The position numbers and the translations under genes are program-made. Under the pieces are notes generated by a model. The model ran no database searches. It saw nothing but the letters and a program-made list of their open reading frames with translations, and was not told where the DNA came from. Positions 17,638-24,304 of a DNA stretch of 64,000 bases are shown here, piece after piece. Source of the DNA: a virus; the IMG/VR virus record IMGVR_UViG_3300004463_000262, positions 1-64,000 of that record; one strand, given 5' to 3'. Numbering within the stretch: position 1 is the stretch's first letter; every line of letters starts with the position of its first letter.

Positions 17638-17659
17638 TATAACGTGACAGGAAGGAAAC

Positions 17660-17860
17660 ATGGCTAGATTGAGCAAGGTATATGTGGCTTTCTTCCACGA
17701 CAAGGGAAAGCGTTCTTTCGCGACAGAGAAGATTGCTGCCCGTAATTACGAAGCGGCTATGGAAGTGGCCGAGACATGGGCGATCAGCAAGTATCATGGT
17801 CGTGTAAAGGAAATCAAGATCGAGAAGTCCAAAGGAGAGATTCTACTTGGCGACGATTAA
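17660..17860 (+). CDS. Hypothetical protein
   Basis: AGGAAGGA RBS; overlaps the rpsL start. Confidence 0.65.
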   Translation: MARLSKVYVAFFHDKGKRSFATEKIAARNYEAAMEVAETWAISKYHGRVKEIKIEKSKGEILLGDD

Positions 17861-18239
17861 TCAGTTGGTCAGAAAGGGCAGGAGCAAGCCGAAGCCGAAG
17901 AGCAAGGCACCGGCTCTGGACGCCAATCCGCAACTACGTGGAACCGTTGTCCGCACGATGGCTCTTGATCCGAAGAAGCCTAACTCTGCGAAGCGTCATT
18001 GTTGTCGCGTCAGGCTATCGAACGGCAAAGAAGTGAACGCATACGTCCCTGGTCGTGGGATGAACATCCAGGAGCATCACTCGGTGCTCATTCGTGGTGG
18101 TCGAGTCCCGGATCTACCTGGGGTTCGCTACAAGGTCATCCGAGGCACGATGGATTGCCAGGGTGTCTCCGATGAAGAGGGTAACGTTCCTCGCAGGCAG
18201 AGTCGTTCGAAGTACGGAGTGAAGAAGAACGTCAAATGA
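17847..18239 (+). CDS. rpsL: 30S ribosomal protein uS12 (divergent)
   Basis: [51 protein letters not shown]; AAGGAG RBS and TTG start. Confidence 0.95.
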   Translation: MATINQLVRKGRSKPKPKSKAPALDANPQLRGTVVRTMALDPKKPNSAKRHCCRVRLSNGKEVNAYVPGRGMNIQEHHSVLIRGGRVPDLPGVRYKVIRGTMDCQGVSDEEGNVPRRQSRSKYGVKKNVK

Positions 18240-18415
18240 GTGAGCATTTCCATCAAGACGAAGAAGGTATCTGGCACAAGTGTTACCATAAGTCTCGTGG
18301 TTTGCTTACCAATTTGCAGTTCTGGATAGGACTCACTCTAGGTTTTCCTGTTGAGCATTTGCTCTGGGAAAAGGTTTGGCCCTTCTACCATCTCACAAGA
18401 TGGTGGGGTCTATAG
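18236..18415 (+). CDS. 59-aa hypothetical Trp-rich protein
   Basis: ATGA overlap with the rpsL stop; [19 protein letters not shown]...[22 protein letters not shown]. Confidence 0.6.
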   Translation: MSEHFHQDEEGIWHKCYHKSRGLLTNLQFWIGLTLGFPVEHLLWEKVWPFYHLTRWWGL

Positions 18416-18503
18416 CAACGTACCGGGTGTCATAAAGTGGCATCAGTTCTGGAAAATCCAACCAGAGGCGGACATTAGTTTTGCTGGGCGAATGGGTAAA
18501 CTA

Positions 18504-18574
18504 GGTACCTTGGCCGAGTGGTTAGGTATGAGGCTGCAACCCTCATTATGTCGGTTCGATTCCGACAGGTACCT
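18504..18574 (+). tRNA. tRNA-Cys(GCA)
   Basis: GGTACCT/AGGTACC U73; TGAGG-CT GCA AC-CCTCA. Confidence 0.9.
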
Positions 18575-18714
18575 CTGCACCACTCTATTCCTTGTTTGAA
18601 TAGGGTCTATTGAACGCTCGTCCCGACGCGACTGCCATCGTTAGAGGGAGCAGCAAGCTGAGTTTGGCAGAACTAACAGGTAATATCGGTACGAATCCGA
18701 AGCGTTCAAATTTT

Positions 18715-18796
18715 GCCCCCTTGCTGGAATTGGCATACAGGAGCGGCTTAAACCCGCTTGCCGCAAGGCTTCAGGGTTCGAGTCCCTGAGGGGGTA
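18715..18796 (+). tRNA. tRNA-Leu(TAA)
   Basis: GCCCCCT/AGGGGGT; AGCGG-CT TAA AC-CCGCT. Confidence 0.9.
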
Positions 18797-18798
18797 TT

Positions 18799-18906
18799 AT
18801 GTACAAGTTATATCTCTGGATAATATCCAGAAGAATTAGATCAAGAAGATTAGAGCGACTATTACAATCCTATTTAGGAAAGAGATGGCGCTTAGGTAAG
18901 TTATAA
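18799..18906 (+). CDS. 35-aa Arg-rich peptide filling the spacer between two Leu tRNAs
   Basis: MYKLYLWIISRRIRSRRLERLLQSYLGKRWRLGKL*; SD-like GAGGGG supplied by the upstream tRNA 3' end. Confidence 0.4.
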   Translation: MYKLYLWIISRRIRSRRLERLLQSYLGKRWRLGKL

Positions 18907-18981
18907 GCCCGCTTAGCAGAATTGGTATATGCACTGCTCTCAAAAAGCAGGATTTTCTGAGTTCGAATCTCAGAGCGGGTA
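18907..18981 (+). tRNA. tRNA-Leu(CAA) with short variable loop
   Basis: GCCCGCT/AGCGGGT; CTGCT-CT CAA AA-AGCAG; variable region only GATTTT. Confidence 0.85.
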
Positions 18982-19104
18982 CTTACCCACGAGTCTAGTA
19001 ACATCTACCCCTAGGGCCATGAACAGGCGAGTCCGTGGTTTACTAGTGATCGGCGGTAGAACGTCTAGGGGCGTTCGAGATGTTGTTGGTGAGCGTGGGT
19101 TTAC

Positions 19105-19178
19105 GGCCGTATAGCTCAATCAGGCAGAGCAAGGGACTTTTAATCCTTAGGTTGTGGGTTCGATTCCTACTGCGGTCA
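19105..19178 (+). tRNA. tRNA-Lys(TTT)
   Basis: GGCCGTA/TGCGGTC; AGGGA-CT TTT AA-TCCTT. Confidence 0.9.
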
Positions 19179-19236
19179 ACGAAGGGTTCATATTCTATAC
19201 TCTAATATGAACCTTATCTATTACAGAATAGATAGA

Positions 19237-19659
19237 ATGCCATATAAAGATCCTATTAGACAGAAACAAGCACAACGTGAATCCTATCTTAGGAACAAAG
19301 AGAAAGTTTTGGGAGTAAGGGTCAGGGCGATTCAAAGGAATAAAGAATATGTCTTGAATTATTTGCTGAACAATCCTTGTGTTGATTGCGGAGAAGATGA
19401 TCCAGTCGTGTTAGAGTTTGATCATCTACGAGATAAATCTTGGAATGTTTCTGCTCTAATAAAGAGAACATATTCTACTGATCGTATACAGGAAGAGATT
19501 GAGAAATGCGAAGTAGTCTGTGCAAACTGTCATCGAAGACGAGAAGCAGTTAAAGGTAATCATTTTCGCCTCATTAGCTCAGTGGACAGAGCACGAGCCT
19601 TCGACACTAGAAATTTGTTCGAATCAAACAAGAGACTATATGATGGATACGCTTGGTAG
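19237..19659 (+). CDS. HNH endonuclease
   Basis: MPYKDP...CVDCG...LEFDH...[13 protein letters not shown]; reads through a degenerate tRNA and stops inside tRNA-Arg(TCG). Confidence 0.85.
   Translation: MPYKDPIRQKQAQRESYLRNKEKVLGVRVRAIQRNKEYVLNYLLNNPCVDCGEDDPVVLEFDHLRDKSWNVSALIKRTYSTDRIQEEIEKCEVVCANCHRRREAVKGNHFRLISSVDRARAFDTRNLFESNKRLYDGYAW
19568..19638 (+). pseudogene. Degenerate tRNA-Arg(TCG)
   Basis: Shares TAGCTCAGTGGACAGAGC with the intact copy; CT TCG AC loop and TTCGAAT retained but stems broken. Confidence 0.65.
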
Positions 19660-19724
19660 CTCAGTGGACAGAGCGGTGCGCTTCGAACGCACGTCAGTCG
19701 CGGGTTCGACTCCTGCCCAGGCGA
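19650..19724 (+). tRNA. tRNA-Arg(TCG)
   Basis: CGCTTGG/CCAGGCG; GTGCG-CT TCG AA-CGCAC. Confidence 0.9.
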
Positions 19725-19760
19725 TGAAGATGAGTCCTTCCAGGGGTATATGTGGTCTGA

Positions 19761-19991
19761 TCAGGTTAGGATGTTGGCCTAGAAGTAGCCATCATTTAAA
19801 GAGTGGGCGATGGCGGCGGCGGTGCGGCGGGCCGCATCATTTGGGTGGTCGTCGGTAAGCGTATTAGCGAAAGCCTTTGAGAATCAGAAGAATGCCACGG
19901 TCGGAGGACATGGATTCTGTGCGATCTGATGAAGACCAAGGAAACGTCTTTAAGCGTGTAGTCCTTTGGTGTAATAGCACACTATCCTTGA
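19761..19991 (+). ncRNA. RNA containing a 23S rRNA L11-binding domain (H43-H44) mimic split by a ~164-nt insertion
   Basis: GTTAGGATGTTGGCCTAGAAGTAGCCATCATTTAAAGAGT (19765-19804) and GTGTAATAGCACACTA (19969-19984) match 23S nt ~1051-1108 as recalled. Confidence 0.8.
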
Positions 19992-20016
19992 CAGACACTA
20001 TGTTTCGTGATACACT
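19988..20016 (+). promoter_or_regulatory. Sigma70-type promoter
   Basis: TTGACA-17 nt-TACACT with TG extension; 7 nt before GTG 20024. Confidence 0.7.
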
Positions 20017-20023
20017 ACATCCT

Positions 20024-20236
20024 GTGGCACGAAAAAAGAAAGAAGCCAAAAAGGAAGACGTAAAGTTTGCGAAGTACCTTCCGGGTGAAGCACGTTGGAA
20101 GGGTCGAGTGAACAAGACACGTCAAGATCGTTTGGCTATTGATGATAGGGATCGCGTACATAACGCAGATCGCGTAAGAAGTTTTTCGCAGAAGCATAAG
20201 CCAGCACGTTCGGCGGATTGGCTTAAGTTTCGCTAG
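20024..20236 (+). CDS. 70-aa highly basic hypothetical protein (probably leaderless)
   Basis: MARKKKEAKK...; the longer ORF-track start overlaps the structured RNA. Confidence 0.6.
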   Translation: MARKKKEAKKEDVKFAKYLPGEARWKGRVNKTRQDRLAIDDRDRVHNADRVRSFSQKHKPARSADWLKFR

Positions 20237-20261
20237 AACATTGACAATTTAGGAAGAATTA

Positions 20262-20338
20262 CAGGATGAGGGTGTGCCTGGTTCACCACTCGCCTTGGAC
20301 GCGAGACATTCTCGTGGGTTCGAATCCCACCATCCTGA
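20262..20338 (+). tRNA. tRNA-Pro(TGG)
   Basis: CAGGATG/CATCCTG A73; CTCGC-CT TGG AC-GCGAG. Confidence 0.85.
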
Positions 20339-20433
20339 TCGGGGACTGCTACTGACAAACGACCCAAGGGCTAACCCTAGCGGGCACGTTGGAAACGAGC
20401 GGCTGCATGCGCTGACCGCGCAGTTCCTAACTA

Positions 20434-20508
20434 CTAGTTGTAGGATAGCTTGGTTATTCCACCTGTCTGGGGGACAGGAGATCGGGGGTTCGAATCCCTC
20501 CAACTAGA
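20434..20508 (+). tRNA. tRNA-Pro(GGG)
   Basis: CTAGTTG/CAACTAG; CCTGT-CT GGG GG-ACAGG. Confidence 0.9.
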
Positions 20509-20511
20509 TAA

Positions 20512-20587
20512 CGGAATATGGGAAAGTCTGGTTTAATCCACTCGCTTCGGGAGCGAGAGATCGAAGGTTCGAATCCTTCTATTCCGA
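20512..20587 (+). tRNA. tRNA-Pro(CGG)
   Basis: CGGAATA/TATTCCG; CTCGC-TT CGG GA-GCGAG. Confidence 0.9.
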
Positions 20588-20995
20588 CTGTCGCGGACAC
20601 GCCGCGCAATCGAAGGTGCGTGTTATAATCAGCCCATTAAATCCTGGTTGAATGGCCAGTGGGTGTAGGAACGGTGTAACCTACTAAATCCTCCGCTGAA
20701 ATGCGGGCGCTAGAGAGGTTCTTCGAGCCATTGACCTAGCGTGTGGTGGAAGCCGTACCTGCCGGATCGGCCATTGCCGGTTCGGGTGAGCCAGGTGGAG
20801 GCACGTCTAGTCAACGTGTCGAAAGCGTAGGGCAGCGCGGCGGTTGCTGGTGGTCGAGGGCGCAGCAACGTATTGACTAAATGGCCTGTCTGTTCGGAGC
20901 AGCGGGTACCAGCAGGGGTATGGTGTCAAAACCTGCCCCTGCTCTAGAGCGACGAGACATTGTTCAGTTACTCCTGATAGATTATCGTCGCTCAT
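20588..20995 (+). ncRNA. Unidentified structured RNA region
   Basis: CTGTCGCG/CGCGGCGG closes 20588-20843 around several hairpins; further strong hairpins to ~20992; no credible ORF. Confidence 0.45.
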
Positions 20996-20998
20996 CTT

Positions 20999-21069
20999 TC
21001 CAAGGTACACTAATGGTAGGTGACGAGACTCTGAATCTCGTGGTGTTGGTTCGACCCCAGCCCTTGGAG
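20999..21069 (+). tRNA. tRNA-Gln(CTG)
   Basis: TCCAAGG/CCTTGGA; CGAGA-CT CTG AA-TCTCG. Confidence 0.85.
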
Positions 21070-21247
21070 CTAAGGCACATGGTAGGTACTCTTGGCCTTT
21101 AGGAGTAATAAGCCTGCCAACTATGCTCCCTGCGCACCGCCCAATTTACAGGCGGGAGGTGGGGGAGCGCCACTCCCCGGAGGCGATCACTTCAAATCTG
21201 GGGAGCCAAGGCCAGGGTGCGATCACTTGTCAATCTCTGGTCGCCAA

Positions 21248-21330
21248 GGGAGTATTACCTAAGTGGACAACAGGTTCCGGCTGTAACCCGGATGCTTCTA
21301 GCTTCGGAGGTTCGAATCCTTCTGCTCCCA
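21248..21330 (+). tRNA. tRNA-Tyr(GTA)
   Basis: GGGAGTA/TGCTCCC; TCCGG-CT GTA AC-CCGGA; long variable arm. Confidence 0.9.
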
Positions 21331-21396
21331 TCGTCACACAGCGGCACCAAGGCCATGCTCGCGAGCAAGCCAAGTGATCGTAACGTGTGACACCTT

Positions 21397-21468
21397 TCCG
21401 GGATCGTCTAATGGTAGTGACCTTGGACTTTGAATCCAATGATCTAGGTTCGAATCCTAGTCCCGGAG
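21397..21468 (+). tRNA. tRNA-Gln(TTG)
   Basis: TCCGGGA/TCCCGGA; TTGGA-CT TTG AA-TCCAA. Confidence 0.9.
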
Positions 21469-21619
21469 CTATGGACTATCCGGTTCATATCACCCTAAAT
21501 CTTGCAAGTGTGATATGAGTAGTCGATCTGTCGTATTTCCATGGTTACGCGGCAGGGAGTGTGGGTTCGATTCCCTAAACCGCCATAGTGCGGGGACTGG
21601 CGAGATAGTTCCAGATTTT

Positions 21620-21692
21620 GGCCCGTTAGTTCAGCGGTTAGAGCGCCTGCCTGTCGAGCAGGATGTCACCAGTTCGAATCTGGTACGGGTCG
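21620..21692 (+). tRNA. tRNA-Asp(GTC)
   Basis: GGCCCGT/ACGGGTC; CCTGC-CT GTC GA-GCAGG. Confidence 0.9.
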
Positions 21693-21787
21693 TATGGTGC
21701 GCTAGGGGGAGTACTACCCCTAGCAGGGAGGTAGCTCGAAAGAGAGAGTTCATTCGCCGTGGTGAAGGGCGGGATGACAACAACATT

Positions 21788-21862
21788 GGAGTGGTAGTTC
21801 AATTCGGTTAGAGCACTGCCCTGTCACGGCAGAAGTTGCGGGTTCGAGTCCCGTCCATTCCG
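21788..21862 (+). tRNA. tRNA-Asp(GTC), second divergent copy
   Basis: GGAGTGG/CCATTCC; CTGCC-CT GTC AC-GGCAG. Confidence 0.9.
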
Positions 21863-22080
21863 TAGTCATAGCCCTGCACGCCACGAGGGGTAGATAGTGA
21901 GTCTGGTCGGACTCCCGTTTGAGGGTAGATACAGGCTTTAAACAGTTAGGTACCATCGCGAGTAACGGCTTTCGTTCTATGACTCAGGAGAGGGATTGCA
22001 GAGGCACGGTATATGCCCCTTCTAGGACTTCACCGTGAGTAATACGCCTGGGTTTGGCGCAAGACAGATTCAGGCTCCAT

Positions 22081-22154
22081 ATCAGAGTCGTCTAATGGTC
22101 AAGGACTTCAGACTTTCAATCTGAACAATGCGGGTTCGACTCCCGTCTCTGATA
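22081..22154 (+). tRNA. tRNA-Glu(TTC)
   Basis: ATCAGAG/CTCTGAT; TCAGA-CT TTC AA-TCTGA. Confidence 0.9.
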
Positions 22155-22157
22155 CTA

Positions 22158-22231
22158 CAGGAGTTAGCATAATTGGTTAATGCCCCAGACTGTGAATCTG
22201 GACGATTTGGGTTCGAATCCCCTGCTCCTGA
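22158..22231 (+). tRNA. tRNA with His (GTG) anticodon, atypical
   Basis: CCAGA-CT GTG AA-TCTGG; acceptor CAGGAGT/GCTCCTG A73, no G-1:C73; weak T stem. Confidence 0.65.
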
Positions 22232-22234
22232 TAC

Positions 22235-22309
22235 CCTTTGGTAGCTCAATGGCAGAGCACTGCGCTGTAAGGAACGCAGAGGTTGCGAGTTCGATTCTCG
22301 TCCTTAGGT
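22235..22309 (+). tRNA. tRNA-like gene with a 10-nt anticodon loop
   Basis: Canonical D and T arms; CTGCG-CTGTAAGGAA-CGCAG; acceptor has two U-U mismatches. Confidence 0.6.
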
Positions 22310-22313
22310 CTTC

Positions 22314-22385
22314 GCCGAAATAGCTCAGCGGTAGAGCACCTGTTTTGTAAGCAGGGTGTCCAGAGTTCGATTCTCTGTTTCGGCT
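22314..22385 (+). tRNA. tRNA-Thr(TGT)
   Basis: GCCGAAA/TTTCGGC; CCTGT-TT TGT AA-GCAGG. Confidence 0.9.
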
Positions 22386-22489
22386 TACGCCAGTGGATCA
22401 AGTAGATAGCACGAAGCCTTATCTTCGAGTAGATCCTCCTAAGAATAATCAGTCCAGTAAAATACGTTGGGCTAAAGATTACGAGCTTC

Positions 22490-22562
22490 GCCTGCTTGGT
22501 GCTAACGGATAGCATACTGCTTTGGTATAGCAGGGGAGACAGTTCGATTCTGTCAGTGGGCT
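22490..22562 (+). tRNA. tRNA-Thr(GGT)
   Basis: GCCTGCT/AGTGGGC; CTGCT-TT GGT AT-AGCAG. Confidence 0.85.
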
Positions 22563-22564
22563 TA

Positions 22565-22600
22565 TGGAAGGGGTCTTGGGTTCGAATCCCAAAGTTAGCT
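22565..22600 (+). pseudogene. 3' half remnant of a tRNA (Thr-like)
   Basis: GGAAGGGGTC-TTGGG-TTCGAAT-CCCAA-AGTTAGCT with no 5' half. Confidence 0.55.
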
Positions 22601-22681
22601 TTGCGCTTATCAGACGTAGCAGACGCCGCACGGATAGCGTAACCGTGTCCTGATCGTGGGTCAGGTTATCTCCCACGCCAC

Positions 22682-22753
22682 GCTAATCAGGTGTTTCAGG
22701 TGGCACACGTCTTTCGTAAGGACGGAGACAGAGTTCGATTCTCTGGATTAGCT
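22682..22753 (+). tRNA. tRNA-Thr(CGT)
   Basis: GCTAATC/GATTAGC; CGTCT-TT CGT AA-GGACG. Confidence 0.85.
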
Positions 22754-22756
22754 TAC

Positions 22757-22829
22757 AGACTCATAGCTCAGATGGGAGAGCGCTTCCTTGACGTGGAAGA
22801 GGTCACAGGTTCGATCCCTGTTGGGTCTA
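22757..22829 (+). tRNA. tRNA-Val(GAC)
   Basis: AGACTCA/TGGGTCT; CTTCC-TT GAC GT-GGAAG. Confidence 0.9.
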
Positions 22830-22912
22830 TTGGGTAAGACTACAGAGCCGTGTGCAGCACGGTAAGGCAGCTAGCACTTGTCTTCCCACCATTTTATGGT
22901 ATACTGTACTCA

Positions 22913-23170
22913 ATGTGTGAGAAGAGAGAGAAGTTGATCAAGGAGATTGCCGAGGCAATCAAGCAGGCCGACCTTGAGATGGAACGTCGTCAAGATCTGT
23001 TCCATCAAGATTGGGATTGGCAGTTTGAGCAGAGAGCCGAAGCCGCATTACGTGTAATCGAGCGCAAGGCTGACGTAACTCAAGATAGGATTCTTCCTTG
23101 CACTTGTGGTCATAATGGATATGGAGCACATAAAGAAGGGTGCGCGTTATATGAACAAAGCAGACTATGA
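22913..23170 (+). CDS. Hypothetical protein with CTCGH...H...C motif
   Basis: TG-G-TATACT 7 nt upstream of the ATG (leaderless-type). Confidence 0.6.
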   Translation: MCEKREKLIKEIAEAIKQADLEMERRQDLFHQDWDWQFEQRAEAALRVIERKADVTQDRILPCTCGHNGYGAHKEGCALYEQSRL

Positions 23171-23528
23171 ATATAAAGCCGGTTATGCTTGTGGTTTTTG
23201 GGCCGACGAATTGATCGAAGCGAAAAGGAGAGGATATTCTTCTTTTCATTATAATCCTGATACTCTTCGGGGAGATCCTAAGTTTGAAATGGGTCGTGCA
23301 GATGGCATCGGGGATCGTGAACTAGTTGATGTAGAAAATGATGACTCCTTTTTCTTCGCTTTTGATCAGAGCGGTTTTCCGTGGGGGAGCCATATAGAAC
23401 AGGAGTTCAAAAGGCGAGGATATGAGTTTGAATACCTAGATATTTACGGCAAAGTCATCAAAGAACGTCCCGCTCCTATAAAATCCTTATTGCAGTCTTA
23501 TCGTCTCGTCAAACCAAAGCAGGTATAG
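23151..23528 (+). CDS. RMF-like family hypothetical protein
   Basis: YKAGYACG...FEMGRADGIGD motif. Confidence 0.55.
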   Translation: MNKADYEYKAGYACGFWADELIEAKRRGYSSFHYNPDTLRGDPKFEMGRADGIGDRELVDVENDDSFFFAFDQSGFPWGSHIEQEFKRRGYEFEYLDIYGKVIKERPAPIKSLLQSYRLVKPKQV

Positions 23529-23612
23529 TGGCGGCAATCGTATTTCCGCAAACCTCGTATATTACCTCCGGGGCACGTAGGGATCAGGGAAGTGGGTTGA
23601 CCTACAAACTAA

Positions 23613-23686
23613 GCAATAGTAGCTCAGACTGGTAGAGCGTCACCTTGCCAAGGTGAAAGTCGAGGGTTCGAGTCCTTCTTTGTCTG
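23613..23686 (+). pseudogene. tRNA-Gly(GCC) with disrupted 3' acceptor strand
   Basis: Intact D arm, TCACC-TT GCC AA-GGTGA and T arm, but GCAATAG has no complement (TTTGTCT follows). Confidence 0.75.
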
Positions 23687-23711
23687 GGACTCCTACCTCG
23701 TAATAACTGAG

Positions 23712-24077
23712 ATGGCATACAAAGACAAAGAGAAGCAGAGAGAAGCATCCCTCGCCTCTTATCATCGTAGAAGAAAGAGTGATATAGAGAGAATGAGGCT
23801 CGTTAAGAATGAAGCAAAGAAGCGTAGGCGCAAAGAGAATTCTGAGTACGTCAACGCTCTGAAAGCGCAACCTTGTGTGGATTGTGGGAATTGTTATCTA
23901 CCATGTGTGATGGATTTTGATCATGTTCGTGGTGAGAAAACTAAGAACATCGCTTTCATGTTAATCAACGATACTTCTCTCGAAAAAATTAAAGAGGAAA
24001 TTGAGAAGTGCGAATTGGTATGCTCAAATTGTCATCGAATTCGCACGCATCAGCGCAGATATAGTGCCAATGGTTAG
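23712..24077 (+). CDS. HNH endonuclease
   Basis: MAYKDKEKQ...CVDCG...MDFDH...KCELVCSNCHRIR; stop in the D loop of tRNA-Gly(GCC). Confidence 0.85.
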   Translation: MAYKDKEKQREASLASYHRRRKSDIERMRLVKNEAKKRRRKENSEYVNALKAQPCVDCGNCYLPCVMDFDHVRGEKTKNIAFMLINDTSLEKIKEEIEKCELVCSNCHRIRTHQRRYSANG

Positions 24078-24127
24078 CATACCAGATTGCCATTCTGGTG
24101 GTACGAGTTCGAATCTCGTTATCTGCT
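24055..24127 (+). tRNA. tRNA-Gly(GCC)
   Basis: GCAGATA/TATCTGC U73; CCAGA-TT GCC AT-TCTGG. Confidence 0.9.
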
Positions 24128-24225
24128 TGAAGACTATTGATAGAGACTAGAAACTCTAGGGTGCAAGTCCCTGGCTCTCCCATAGCTCTGTGTAGGTTAT
24201 GGGTACACAGTGATAGTCTTCTCCA

Positions 24226-24298
24226 GCACCTATGATGTTAATGGTTAGCATCTCAGACTTCCAATCTGATCGTGTCGGTTCGAGTCCGACTAGGTGCT
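24226..24298 (+). tRNA. tRNA-Gly(TCC)
   Basis: GCACCTA/TAGGTGC; TCAGA-CT TCC AA-TCTGA. Confidence 0.9.
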
Positions 24299-24304
24299 CT
24301 GAAC

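Noticed and set aside
19926-19950. Hammerhead ribozyme core (CTGATGA...GAAAC)
   Set aside because: The intervening bases cannot form stem II; AAGAC/GTCTT forms a different hairpin and no stems I/III were found
19805-19968. Group I intron interrupting the L11-site mimic (upstream exon ends in U, insert ends in G)
   Set aside because: Only ~164 nt and no recognisable P7/catalytic core; left as an unexplained insertion
19761-19991. True rRNA gene or host contamination
   Set aside because: Similarity is confined to the ~58-nt domain; the flanks are phage tRNA and ORFs, with no other rRNA sequence
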